63,527 nucleotides of DNA, filler included, from Octopus bimaculoides (GCF_001194135.2; 4 parts of 4 records of this genome joined end to end with filler, not necessarily neighbours in it), one strand, 5' to 3'. Counted from the first letter of the whole stretch, positions 28,008 to 40,452 are shown. A program made the numbers and translations. Notes: generated by a model not told the origin, from the sequence alone.

Positions 28008-29782
28008 CGCTTCAACCCTGTAATTTTCAGTGGGATTTTTGTAAGAAGGTGAGAGCTGTGGTTATTTTCTGTTGATATTATTGTTGAAGCGTCTCGCGCG
28101 TGTTGTTGTTACTTGCTGCTGTTGGTTTGGTTCTTTTCTCCCCATTTGGAGGTGAGGAAGAGCGTAGCATTGTGGAAAGATACGCGAAAGCCGCTGCGGC
28201 AAAGGCAGCTACACGGTTGGAAGAGAGGAGGGTACACATGGATAAAGAGGAAATATCGAAAGGTTTGTGTTTGATGCGGAGGAGGAAGGCGCAATCAAGA
28301 TGGTTCCCCACACACACACACATACACAAGAGTCAATGGAAGAGAAGAGTGAGAAAACGGTGGTGTACCGCACGCAAAGGGTCGCCACAAATAAAATGGA
28401 GAAACTATCAGAAGACGTAGAGGAGTGCCTAGGGGATATCATGCAAAAGGCGACATTCATGAGCAGAGGAAGGAGGTATGGCACAGTGGAGGTGAGGTTT
28501 GCAACCAAAGAAGAGGCGGCCTCACACTCCACAGATATACTAAGATCGGACAAGGTGATGCTGTTGCCCACATATAAGGGAAGGCACTACGTCCGGGTCA
28601 GGATAGCTAGAGCGCCGCCTGAAATTAAGACGGAGTGGTTGGTAGCGGCCATACTAGCGACCACCGAAGATAAGCTGCAGCTTAGAGAGGTTGGAAGAAT
28701 GGATATGTTGAACTGTGGGGGAGCGGAGTGGAGATGCGGTTCTTCCCCACATTTGAAGATATAAAGAGGCTTCCCTACTAAGTAGAGATTGAAGGGGAAA
28801 ATTCCTTGTAAGTGATAGTAGCGGGTCGCAGACCCAATTGCTACATCTGCAGAGAAAGGGGGCACATGAAATTGAAGTGCCCCCTATATAAAAATAAAAA
28901 GACTAATCCGATGAAGAGTCAGATAGAAGGAGAAAGGGAGACGGAAGAAAGGATGGAGGCAGAAATGGAAAAGATAAGCAATACGAACCGTGAACAAGAG
29001 AAGGGAGAGAAAGAGGGAAAAACAAAAGCGGCAAAAGAGGGGAGTGACATGTTCGTCAGCCCCAAGAGAGGAAAGAAGGCGAGGTCAAGGGAAGTGTTAT
29101 AGAGATCGACAGCAGAAGCAGGGAAGGCGGACAAAAAAAGATGAAGAGTCGCCTGAACTTGTACAGGAAGTGGAAAAGAATCTAGAGAGAAGACGACAAG
29201 CGAGCATTAGGGAACTATGATGTTTTATAAGAAATCCATAGAGGTAGAAAAGAGAATATCAAAGTGGAAGAATATAATTAGAGTTTAGCTGCCTAGGGGG
29301 AGGTTCGGAAAAGAAGAAAGGTGTGTATTGGTGAACGAGGAAATAAGCGATAACCTGTGGTTGTATTGCAGAGATTTTATCATAAGGTGTAACGGGCCGG
29401 TGTACTTTAATAGAAGGCCGCCAGTTGTGGATTATACAAGGATTGCGCATTTCAGATATAAGGTAATTAATTTATTATGAACATTTTTTTAAAAAATGGG
29501 AAAAAAAGTTGGGGTGGAAATTGTGAACTTTACTCGAGAAAAATGTGTTCTTAAAAAAGAATGGGGTGAAAAAAAGAGACTAAATCTAACCACTCGACTT
29601 CGGGGGTCGAGTGAGTATTCCACCTCATCTTTTCATACTTCATTCGTTTCTTTTATTTTTGATTCTTTTCTTAAATTTCTATTTTATAATTTTAGTTCCT
29701 CGATTCTGTTATGTAATGTCTATATGTGTTGTATTTGTCTTTCCGGTTTCTATGTACGCCTTTTATAGGTAATAAAAAAAGC
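28008..29782 (+). mobile_element. Near full-length ORF1-only (HAL1-like/Tx1-like) retroelement, copy B
   Basis: 5' UTR, then frameshifted ORF1 (MEEKSEKTVVY..RGRRYGTVEVRF..YKGRHYVRVRIARAPPEI..CYICRERGHMKLKC), 3' UTR and aataaaaaaa tail; flanked by aacgaaacgtt at 27997-28007 and 29783-29793. No endonuclease or RT is seen. Confidence 0.8.
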
Positions 29783-31298
29783 AACGAAACGTTTGGTGAG
29801 GAAATGATCAGTGAGTGATCAGCTCGAAAATGGTTTAAACGATTTCGCAGTGAGGACGCCCATCTGTTATTGATGACAGTCAATTAAAGACCATCATTGA
29901 GAAAGATCCACGTAAAACCACTTGAGAACAGACAAAAGAACTTCAAGTTAGCCAGAAAACTGCCTGCAACCATTTGCATGCGATCGAAAAATCAAAAAAG
30001 CTCGACAAATGGGTACCACACGATTTGAATGAGAATCAGAAAATGCGCAGATATGAAATTTGCTTATCACTTCTTCACTGTAACAAGACCGAACTATTTC
30101 TCGACCGTATTGTAACTTGCGATGAAAAGTGGATTCTGTATAATAATAAAAATCGTTCATCGCAGTAGATGGACAAAAATGAAACACCAAAAGCCTTCCA
30201 TAAACCCGAGCTCTTCAGAAAGCAGGTTATGGTGATTGTTGGGTGTTGTACTGCTGGACTCATCCCTATAACGTCTTAAAACCCGGAAAAACCATTACTG
30301 CAGAAACATATTGCCATGAAATTGCCAAAATGAAAGAAAACCTGCTACTCCTCCGTCCCAGACTGGTCAACATAAGAGGGCCGATCCTTCTTCATGCCAA
30401 TGCTCGACCACACGTTTCACTAATGATGCTCCAGAAGTTGAGGGAACTTGGCTACGAAGTTCTTCTCACCCAGCTTATTCCCCAGAACTGTCTCCTACCG
30501 ACTATCCCTTTTTCAAGCACCTCGACAGTTTCCTGCGAGAGAAGGAGTTCAAAAAATCAAACCGTTGCTGAAAGTGCGTTCAAAGGGTTCATCAGCTCCA
30601 GAACTCCAGATTTTTATGTTACAGGAATAAACAAACTTGTAAGTCGTTGGCAAAAATGTGTTGATTGTATTGGTATTTATTTTTGATGAATAAAATTTCC
30701 GCAATGTTGAACTATATTGTGATGAATTTCATGTTTCAAAACGTTGCTTATTTTTTACTCAGCCTGGTAAATGCCTTCTGCTGATGTTGCGAATGCACTT
30801 ATGATTTTTATATAACGTTATCGTTAATATATTTTCTATTANNNNNNNNNNNNNNNNNNNNNNNNNNNNNNNNNNNNNNNNNNNNNNNNNNNNNNNNNNN
30901 NNNNNNNNNNNNNNNNNNNNNNNNNNNNNNNNNNNNNNNNNNNNNNNNNNNNNNNNNNNNNNNNNNNNNNNNNNNNNNNNNNNNNNNNNNNNNNNNNNNN
31001 NNNNNNNNNNNNNNNNNNNNNNNNNNNNNNNNNNNNNNNNNNNNNNNNNNNNNNNNNNNNNNNNNNNNNNNNNNNNNNNNNNNNNNNNNNNNNNNNNNNN
31101 NNNNNNNNNNNNNNNNNNNNNNNNNNNNNNNNNNNNNNNNNNNNNNNNNNNNNNNNNNNNNNNNNNNNNNNNNNNNNNNNNNNNNNNNNNNNNNNNNNNN
31201 NNNNNNNNNNNNNNNNNNNNNNNNNNNNNNNNNNNNNNNNNNNNNNNNNNNNNNNNNNNNNNNNNNNNNNNNNNNNNNNNNNATATATATATATATAA

Positions 31299-31590
31299 GT
31301 CGCATGGCTCAGTGGTTCGATTGTCTGTCTTATAGTTCGATTCCTGGATCAGACTTCAGCAAGACGCTTTATTTTCACATTACTGCAGTTAACACATCTG
31401 TAGAAATGAGTTGCGATGTCACTGGGGCCAAGCAGTATCGGCCTTTGCTTTTCCCTTGAATAACATCGGAGGCTGGTATGCATGGGCTACTGCTGGTTTT
31501 CTACAAACAACCGGGCTTGTGCCATGGATGGGAACATTCTTGATGCAATCCCATGGTCATTCGTGAGTGTAGGGGGTCTTTACCCTAAAT
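31299..31590 (+). mobile_element. tRNA-derived SINE (second family)
   Basis: A-box-like tggctcagtggtt, B-box-like gttcgattcc, body agcaagacgctttattttcac...tgtagaaatgagttgcgatgtcactgg. Confidence 0.7.
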
Positions 31591-31879
31591 ACACATACAT
31601 ACATTGCGTTTTATTTCGTCCTACTGTATTGTGAAATCAAAATCAAACCGACTTATATTTTAGCTGTCATTATTGGGGGGAGTTAATGTACTCAAACATG
31701 AATAGGCCTATTTATTGCAAGAAATGAAGATTATGAATAAATGTTCTATACCAATTTGTTCAATAAATCTGAGTAATGCATCAAATCGCTGTTTGGTCAA
31801 CTACCCATGTGTTTTCAGACATTAGACGAGATCTACAACTAAGTACTATGTTCTAGTTGTAGATCTGGTCCAATTTTAG

Positions 31880-32400
31880 CCATATGTTCTTCTGTTATAT
31901 ACTGGTGTTGTTATAGACGGCGAATTGTTAGAATTATCAGAGCGTAGGACAGGCTGCTTCGTGATTGCTGCTCCAACTCTCCATGCACGAGTTCAAATAC
32001 TGCAGGCGTCAACTTCCTTTTTCTTCCTTTCGGCTCGATAAAAAACGTAATAATACAAAACGGTTGATAGACAGAACTGCTGAACTGAATACCTTGTGGT
32101 TTTCCTAGCTTTTTGCATCCTGAATCCAAATCTTGCCATGGCCATCACAGATGGTAGACTTAACTCGGTGTCATGATTAGAACCACAATCTGAGAGTTTA
32201 GATGTATTTGACGGAGTCCATTCTGCCGTGAACATTCGAGCCGGATTCTCGGTTTCCTCCCTGCTGGCCTCCAGCACCCCTAAGCCTCAGAGACACGGTA
32301 AAGATTTTATGAGAAACGCTTTGTCTACAAACTAGAGTAGAAAAGAAATTATTGATGAACCCATTTAGGGACACCATTTGAAAATAGAGATCTGTATAAC
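31880..32400 (-). pseudogene. Decayed Tc1-like transposase fragment
   Basis: Multi-frame minus-strand pieces GCW.PAG, VHGRMDSVKYI, IWIQDA and P.VFELVHGELE line up in order with Tc1 motifs WGC, DG.MDS.KY, FQQDNA and PIENLW..LK. Confidence 0.45.
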
Positions 32401-32819
32401 AGATATACAACCCACTATGTAAGTAGGATTAAAGAACAGAATTGAAGTGTATATGACCAACTTCTATCTACATTATTGTTTTATATATCAGAAGAAATTT
32501 GTGGCTTTCTTTTAAAATGAAGACCAAAAGATTTATAATCTTAGACACTAAGTGAATTTAGTATACTACAGAGAAGACTAAACGTGTGAATTGCTCGTAT
32601 ATCCAGATCAGCAAATCAAGGAATCACTAGAAATATTGATTTACAAGTGTCATTATAATAAACCATCTAACTGACGTATTTTATATGAAGGAATTTGAGT
32701 TGTAGCGTTTGTGTTCTGTATGTGAATAATATACTTGGTGTATATATCACAAAAGTGTTCGTGAGTTGTGTAGCACGTTAGCCGTTTGCTACAGTTGTGT
32801 TATATAGCATGTATATACT

Positions 32820-33135
32820 ACAGTGGCTTGACTCTCCGTCGTTTACGACGACAAGTGTTCCATTTGCTACGATCCACCGAACAGCCTGCTCGTGAAATTG
32901 ATGTGCAAGTGACTGAGTACTCCACAGACAGACATACCCTTAACGTAGTTCTCAGGAAGATTCAGCGTGACACACAAAGTGACAAAGCTGGTCCTTTTGA
33001 ATTACCAGTACAACTCATTTTTGCCAGCTGAGTGGACTGGAGAAACGCAAAATAGTCTTGCACAAGGACAGAACGCACCACCAGGTATCGAACTCGCGAC
33101 CTTACGACTGTGAGCTGAACACTCTAAGCCACGTT
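32820..33135 (-). mobile_element. tRNA-derived SINE with conserved central domain
   Basis: Minus strand: tRNA-like head (ctcacagtcgtaaggtcgcgagttcgatacc), tgtccttgtgcaagact, ccagtccactcagctggcaaaaatgagttgtac. Confidence 0.85.
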
Positions 33136-33149
33136 CCTTTATACCAGGC

Positions 33150-34462
33150 GCATACAACAGTATTGCCGTACAATATAGTTCGGTGTTTATTACGATGTTG
33201 TTTATGACGATGGTGTATAGTATATTTAGTATATATTATAATATTGTTGGCTTGTTGTATATAACCGGTCTACATGATTGTATAACTATATTTAGCGTAT
33301 TGCATGTATATAGTATGTGGTATTTCGTGTCTATAATACGGCTGTTACCGTGTGTTGTATAGTTAGTGTATACTGCAGGACAATTAGTGTATGTATACTT
33401 TGCAGTAATGTTGGTGTGTTGTACATTGTAGTGTGGTTATGTACTACAGTAATTTAGATAAGTTATAAAGTATAGTTACTGTGTACCATGGAAGTGTGTT
33501 GTGCTGTTTGGGTGCATAGCAAAATAAATGTCAATATTCTATACCACGGTAGATTGTTGTTGGAAAGTGGGTGTATTTGACAGGAATAGTGTATTAAACA
33601 ATATAGTTGGTGTATTTATTTTTGCTAATGTTCAACAAAAGTCAACTCCGATAAAACAGAGATCAGACGGAAAGTGTTTCAGTCATGAGCAGCTCGACCT
33701 TTAGCTATATGTAAGACTTCGTTATTGAAGGTATCCTGTGCTTATATATAAAGAAAGTTGAGGGTGATTTGAGGGAGATTGGATGAAGCTTCTTAAAAGT
33801 CGAGTGACTTTTGCTTGGTAAATGCCGCTGGTTTTGTAATCGCTCCACAGGTCAACAGGTAATTGCACACAGTTGAACAATATTGCCAGCTATGACTATT
33901 TTATGGGGAGTTTCGCACCTATAACCTTGTTTTTGGCTTTTTGAACACTGTCAGATGTAATTTGACAAAGAGCTAGCTGTACTCCTAGCATGCCTAGCAT
34001 CTCACATTATATGGAAGTATTGCTTTAGTATAGTGTGTGACATTGTAAAGTATGATAGTGATGGAAAGGTGTATAGCCGGGTTAGTATGTTAAGTGGTAG
34101 TTTCGATGTGGTGTATGGTGACAGCGGCGGAGGAGTGTATTGTAATGTTGTTCGGCGTATTGTAGTGTATGATAGCATTAGTATGGTGTATGGAAATGTT
34201 CGTATCAGGTACGGTAATGTAGGTATGGGACTGGAAGTGCTTCTGCGCTATAGAGTAGTATTGGTATGTTGTATCATATAGTGTTTTCCTGATGTACACC
34301 TATTGGTGTAAGGCAATTTTTGTTTGGTGTACTGTAGTGTGTAGTGGTTTTGGTGAAGTGTATGGTCGTGTTAGTGGTGTGTGGCCATATCTATATGCTG
34401 TAGTATTGAAGTTGTGTATGACAGTGTTGGAAGAGTATATAATAGTGTTGGTGTGGTGTATT
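33150..34462. repeat. Degenerate GT-rich minisatellite-like tract (gtgtatgatagtgttggt...) with SINE remnants at ~33640-33830
   Basis: Repeated gtgtat/gtatgg/tagtgt words; gagggtgatttgagggagatt SINE motif. Confidence 0.6.
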
Positions 34463-35449
34463 NNNNNNNNNNNNNNNNNNNNNNNNNNNNNNNNNNNNNN
34501 NNNNNNNNNNNNNNNNNNNNNNNNNNNNNNNNNNNNNNNNNNNNNNNNNNNNNNNNNNNNNNNNNNNNNNNNNNNNNNNNNNNNNNNNNNNNNNNNNNNN
34601 NNNNNNNNNNNNNNNNNNNNNNNNNNNNNNNNNNNNNNNNNNNNNNNNNNNNNNNNNNNNNNNNNNNNNNNNNNNNNNNNNNNNNNNNNNNNNNNNNNNN
34701 NNNNNNNNNNNNNNNNNNNNNNNNNNNNNNNNNNNNNNNNNNNNNNNNNNNNNNNNNNNNNNNNNNNNNNNNNNNNNNNNNNNNNNNNNNNNNNNNNNNN
34801 NNNNNNNNNNNNNNNNNNNNNNNNNNNNNNNNNNNNNNNNNNNNNNNNNNNNNNNNNNNNNNNNNNNNNNNNNNNNNNNNNNNNNNNNNNNNNNNNNNNN
34901 NNNNNNNNNNNNNNNNNNNNNNNNNNNNNNNNNNNNNNNNNNNNNNNNNNNNNNNNNNNNNNNNNNNNNNNNNNNNNNNNNNNNNNNNNNNNNNNNNNNN
35001 NNNNNNNNNNNNNNNNNNNNNNNNNNNNNNNNNNNNNNNNNNNNNNNNNNNNNNNNNNNNNNNNNNNNNNNNNNNNNNNNNNNNNNNNNNNNNNNNNNNN
35101 NNNNNNNNNNNNNNNNNNNNNNNNNNNNNNNNNNNNNNNNNNNNNNNNNNNNNNNNNNNNNNNNNNNNNNNNNNNNNNNNNNNNNNNNNNNNNNNNNNNN
35201 NNNNNNNNNNNNNNNNNNNNNNNNNNNNNNNNNNNNNNNNNNNNNNNNNNNNNNNNNNNNNNNNNNNNNNNNNNNNNNNNNNNNNNNNNNNNNNNNNNNN
35301 NNNNNNNNNNNNNNNNNNNNNNNNNNNNNNNNNNNNNNNNNNNNNNNNNNNNNNNNNNNNNNNNNNNNNNNNNNNNNNNNNNNNNNNNNNNNNNNNNNNN
35401 NNNNNNNNNNNNNNNNNNNNNNNNNNNNNNNNNNNNNNNNNNNNNNNNN

Positions 35450-36020
35450 AAAGGGGAAGAGAGAGAGGAGAGCTGGTGGTAGAAGTGGAGGAGGAGGAGG
35501 AGGAAGAGGAGGAAGAGGAGGTGGAGGAAGAGGAGGTGGAGGAAGAGAGGAGGAGGAAGAAGGGGAAGAAGAGGAAGAAGAGAGGAGGTGGAAGAAGGGG
35601 AGGAAGAGGAGGAGGTAGAGGAAAAGGAAGAGGAAGAGGAGGAGGAGGAAGGAGAAGAAGAAGAAGAAGAGGGAGAGGAGGTGGAAGAGGAGGAGGAAGA
35701 GGCAGAGAGGCAGGAGAGGGATGAGGGGGAGGTTAGTGGTCACGATAATTGCTATGGTGATGGAAATAGTGTTGATAATGGTCGTGACGGTGTTTATGAT
35801 GATAGTGATGCTGCTCGGTAAAGTAAGTGATGTTCTTCTTGCTGGCGACGATGGCGCTTTAGTCTTTGGGATAGTTATTATGGACATCATCATTATCATC
35901 ATCATCATTATCATCATCGTCATCATCATCATGTTAGTGGTGAAAATGGCGCTGGTGGTGCCGGTGGTAATGATACTGACGGTGTGGGTTAGAGTGATAA
36001 TGATGACGATGGTGGTGGTG

Positions 36021-36052
<32 letters not shown>

Positions 36053-36165
36053 TGATGCTGGTAGAAACGGTCCTAGTTGTGATAGTTATAATAATGGTGG
36101 TAGTGGCGGGGCCGGTGCTGGTGCCGGTGCTGGTGAAACGATAGTGAAGGTATGCCATCATAATC

Positions 36166-36197
<32 letters not shown>

Positions 36198-36222
36198 CAT
36201 CACTATCATCACTATCACCATC

Positions 36223-36274
<52 letters not shown>

Positions 36275-36282
36275 CTATCATC

Positions 36283-36333
<51 letters not shown>

Positions 36334-36401
36334 TTCATCATCATCATCATCGTCATCATCATCATCATCATCATCATCATCACTATCATCATCATCATCA
36401 C
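35450..36401. repeat. (GAG/GAA)n, (GTC)n and (CAT)n triplet repeats
   Basis: Direct read; source of the poly-E and poly-H pseudo-ORFs. Confidence 0.95.
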
Positions 36402-36593
36402 NNNNNNNNNNNNNNNNNNNNNNNNNNNNNNNNNNNNNNNNNNNNTTAATTAATTAANNNNNNNNNNNNNNNNNNNNNNNNNNNNNNNNNNNNNNNNNNN
36501 NTATATATATATATATATATCTTAGACAAAATGAGATAACAAAACCAAGGCTGTAAGGAGTTTTCAGGACATTTATAAGGAAAAAGATATAGA

Positions 36594-36645
36594 TAGTCTT
36601 ACAGCTGTTTCTGGGATATTATGGATATCTCTTCATCAGAGATGA
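36594..36645 (-). ncRNA. Type I hammerhead ribozyme motif in a Penelope-type terminus
   Basis: Minus strand tct-CUGAUGA-a-gagatat-ccata-atatccc-a-GAAA-cagctg-UA-aga; palindromic ACAGCUGU stem III and GUA triplet, but only 3 bp of stem I. Confidence 0.65.
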
Positions 36646-37599
36646 TGTAAGATGGTTTAACTACGATCTGTCCATAGCACTTACTTAGCATTACCTGCCA
36701 CTCTTTAGATCATCTAGCTACCAATACCTCTCACATATATATATATATCTAAAATTTGGGAATGGAATTGATAAAAAACAGGCTACATATGTTTAATAGC
36801 TAGCAGCACCTCAGAAGTAGTAATAGCCCAAACGAAGGGTAATCCATAAGCTACTAGTTGGGCCAAAGATACTTTAATCAAATGAAGTTTACATTGTTGT
36901 CAAGGGATCCTGTGTTGACTCAGGAAATTCGATTTTTATTCATATACACAGCAACCCCAGCTGTTAACTGTAAGCTATAAAACAACTTTTTCAGCTTATC
37001 AAACTTCAATATGGGAAAAATTTACATCCTTCTATACAAATAAACCACTATTGTACTTGAAAGTTGTTTTTTTATTCCTTCTACAGACTGCTTGAAGCTT
37101 ACTAATGACTAACACTTTGATCCTTGGATCTTACTTCTATATNNNNNNNNNNNNNNNNNNNNNNNNNNNNNNNNNNNNNNNNNNNNNNNNNNNNNNNNNN
37201 NNNNNNNNNNNNNNNNNNNNNNNNNNNNNNNNNNNNNNNNNNNNNNNNNNNNNNNNNNNNNNNNNNNNNNNNNNNNNNNNNNNNNNNNNNNNNNNNNNNN
37301 NNNNNNNNNNNNNNNNNNNNNNNNNNNNNNNNNNNNNNNNNNNNNNNNNNNNNNNNNNNNNNNNNNNNNNNNNNNNNNNNNNNNNNNNNNNNNNNNNNNN
37401 NNNNNNNNNNNNNNNNNNNNNNNNNNNNNNNNNNNNNNNNNNNNNNNNNNNNNNNNNNNNNNNNNNNNNNNNNNNNNNNNNNNNNNNNNNNNNNNNNNNN
37501 NNNNNNNNNNNNNNNNNNNNNNNNNNNNNNNNNNNNNNNNNNNNNNNNNNNNNNNNNNNNNNTATATATATATATATATATATATATATTAGTTCTTTA

Positions 37600-39240
37600 G
37601 TTCTCACCATAAGATTAATGGTGGAATCAAAACATTGCCATCAAACTAGAATACAACTGAATGGTTAGTTTTACTTAAACTCCAAATTACATTTAAAGAC
37701 CTGAAGAATATTTTAGCTGATTCCTAAGTGCAGGTTCATTATCCCAGTAATAAGTGAACTAGATTCAATCAGTAAATATATTTTAGATGCGATAATTATA
37801 AAAATTAGTTGAGTCATGAATTTGTCTTGTGGAAAGTAGATTGTCTGTAATCAACTGGTTTAACCAAGTAGACAATAAATATAAATGCAAATTTGTCCAG
37901 TCTGATATAACCTTCTTAATGTTTTGGAATTTGCCAAGAATTTCACCCTCCACCCACATTAGTGAAATTAGTGTTATCATGCATGCCAGAAATTTTTTTG
38001 TATTATTTCTAACGTAATAGTTGAGAGCTACTTCATATGGCCTGTGGGTTTGTGTGATGGGAATTGTGGGCAAATGGGATTATATACATTAGACTCTCTT
38101 TGGAGGAAAGTACATCTCACAAATTTTGGTCATTATAGAAATGATGGTCTGTTTATTTGGCATCATATAAATGATCAATTAGCTTGACAGGCTAAGGAAA
38201 TATATATTTAATGCATGTTAAAGTGTTTAGCTTAAAAATTATCTCTTGTACCAACATCAGAATAGATAATTGAAAAAAACGTTTTAGATATATTATTAGA
38301 TTTAAGCACAACTCAATGGTTCTCTTAGAAGAAATCAAATGAAAAATTGGTACATATTAGCAGGTCCTCCAATTATCTTTCAATTGTTCTTGAAGAATTT
38401 AAGAACATTAGCTGTCACCATTCTAATGTTCCATCAGATGAAGAAGTTTCTAACTAAAAGATAACCTGATTTAATTTTTTATTTAACCTCAGTGAAGCAG
38501 CCAGTAACTGAACTTTCTTAACCCTTTAACACTATTAAGATTATTCTGCTGTCAAATGTAATGCTTATTCATTGACACTGTTTTGAATTAATCATGCTTC
38601 CAGAGTTTGATGATGTGATTGTTTATTTTTGGAATACATTATAGGGTGTGAGAGGCTGGATCTGGTCAGTTTAAGCATACAGCAGGCAGAATATTTGGGC
38701 TGAACATGGCTGGTTTAAATGCTAAAGGGTTAAACTTTGTATGAATATACATTCTAGTTAGTAATAGAAACCACAACCTCTTTAACAAGAACTCTCCGAA
38801 AGTCAGTTACAACTTTATGAATCTAGTTTCTGGCATTTGTGGTAGAAATTACAAGAACAAGCTTTCAACAATCAACCACAATGCAGTTGTGCTAACATCA
38901 ACTCATGTCCACTTTACAGCAAATGCACTGAAAAGGAGCTGTTACATTGCACTAATGTGAAGTAAGCATACAACAGTGAACATTCTTATGAAGGCTTAAC
39001 AAATTTCACATTTAATTGAGAGCAGTTACACACAACACATATTTTCTTTAGGAATCTAGAGAAAAGACCACTGCCTCTCTTCCACAGCATGCCTGTGGAC
39101 TGAAAAATACAGATACTACTTGTTTTAAGATTTTTTGGTCAATGACTGAATTTGCTAAACCATATTTTGGAGGATATGGACAATGCTGATCATGCATCTG
39201 TGAATAAATTCCTCATAATGTTGAATTCTGAAAATAAACT
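37600..39240 (+). mobile_element. Decayed Penelope-like element (RT and GIY-YIG region)
   Basis: PKCRFIIPVISELDSISKYILD; VINWFNQVDNKYKCKFVQSDI; MG.CDG...GLY; HYRNDGL; later NKNS.KVSY and C.C.N..SCPL-like pieces. Confidence 0.75.
38522..38729. mobile_element. piggyBac-type MITE
   Basis: TTAA|ccctttaac...gctaaaggg|TTAA (TTAA at 38518-21 and 38730-33); inserted in the Penelope element. Confidence 0.8.
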
Positions 39241-39251
39241 TTCTTTGAAAT

Positions 39252-39328
<77 letters not shown>

Positions 39329-39441
39329 CGTGTGTGATTAAGGAGTTTACTTTCCAGCCATGATTTCAGNNNNNNNNNNNNNNNNNNNNNNNNNNNNNNN
39401 NNNNNNNNNNNNNNNNNNNNNNNATAAACTTTCTTTGAAAT

Positions 39442-39518
<77 letters not shown>

Positions 39519-39519
39519 C

Positions 39520-39780
39520 GTGTGTGATTAAGGAGTTTACTTTCCAGCCATGATTTCAGGTGCAGTCCCAGCACCTTGGGCAAATGTGTTCTACTTTAGT
39601 CTTCAGCTGACCAAAGTCTTGTGAGTGGATTGATAGATGGAAACTGAAAGAACCTTGATGTGTGTGTGTACGTGCGTGTGTGTGTGTGTGGCTTGACATC
39701 GTGTGATAGTTGTAAATGAATGTTGTCATACAAGCATTTAGTTTTCAAACTTCTGAGAAAACATGTCTGGCCATAGAGTA
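39520..39780 (+). mobile_element. SINE 5'/central part
   Basis: gtgattaaggagtttactttccagccatg...gcaccttgggcaaatgtgttctact...aaagtcttgtgagtggatt; the central block is shared with 41345-41440. Confidence 0.7.
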
Positions 39781-39994
39781 AACTCTGCAAAACTAATTTT
39801 GTTTTTTATTAGCATGAATCATATATATTCAATTGTTTGTCATTAACTGAATTCTTAATTACTTAATTGTAACTAAATAATTTTTTTTAAAGTTCCATCA
39901 GACTTTGTATCATCTGTTATATGTATTACACTCTTCTTGATTCCATTTAGCACATCTAAACTAATTTACCATAATTTCTACTCGATCTCTAATT

Positions 39995-40452
39995 GTGGAG
40001 AGAACTTGTGGAAGGGGTTCATCCAGGAAGATGTGGGACAGAGTGGTGAGAAAGAATCTTCTGACACTGGGCCTCACTAAAGATATGACAAAGGACCAAG
40101 TCTTATGGTGAGCTGCTGTACATAAAAAGACACATCAAGTTAAGTAAAATTGTGGCCATCCATACATACAGGCATATCCTTTATGGCCATGCTCCCATTC
40201 CCTTTCCCAGCTGAAGGGTCTTTGTCTTGCAGGTGCAGTACCACATAAAGGCACCTGTGCTGGTGGAATGGAAAAAAGCACCCAGCACACTCTGTAAAAT
40301 GGTTGGCATTAGGAAGGGCATCCAGCTGTAGAAATCATGCCAGAAGAAACAATTGGAGCCTGGACAGCTTTCCTGCTGGTCAGCTCCTGTCAAACTGTCC
40401 AACCATTGACAGCATGGAAAATGGATGTTAAACAACAATAACGATAATGATG
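39995..40452 (+). mobile_element. 3' fragment of an RTE LINE, same group as 9300-12300
   Basis: TCGRG.SRKMWDRVVRKNLLTLGLT; tail ggcattaggaagggcatccagctgtagaaa...ggaaaatggatgttaaac. Confidence 0.85.

Larger units (their letters stand above)
25821..30767 (+). mobile_element. Mariner transposon (DD34D type), interrupted by three retroelement insertions
   Basis: 33-bp TIRs (tcaggttgagtaaaaagtaagcaacgttttgaa / ttcaaaacgttgcttattttttactcagcctgg) with TA at both ends. Transposase MKLSKSDIQAI at 26887-26920 resumes at 29783 as NETFGE...KWFKRFRS..KWVPHDL..RIVTCDEKW..LLHANARPH..AYSPEL..RWQKCVD. Confidence 0.93.

Noticed and set aside
31830-31869. 13-bp perfect inverted repeat agatctacaacta...tagttgtagatct
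   Set aside because: Isolated short hairpin with no TSD or second copy in the window.
32198-32410. ORF containing LRLRGAGG, reminiscent of a ubiquitin C-terminus
   Set aside because: No ubiquitin fold upstream; the region is better explained as a frameshifted Tc1-like remnant.
33070-33135. tRNA-like sequence
   Set aside because: It is a SINE head with no acceptor stem; not a tRNA gene.
34292-36449. Long ORFs of 240-510 aa (poly-E, poly-H, poly-X), and all other ORFs spanning N runs or HT/YI/CV repeats
   Set aside because: They are translations of gaps and microsatellites.
39234-39559. Exact ~135-bp direct duplication either side of a short gap (similar case at 44140-44236)
   Set aside because: Typical unmerged contig overlap at a microsatellite; assembly artefact.
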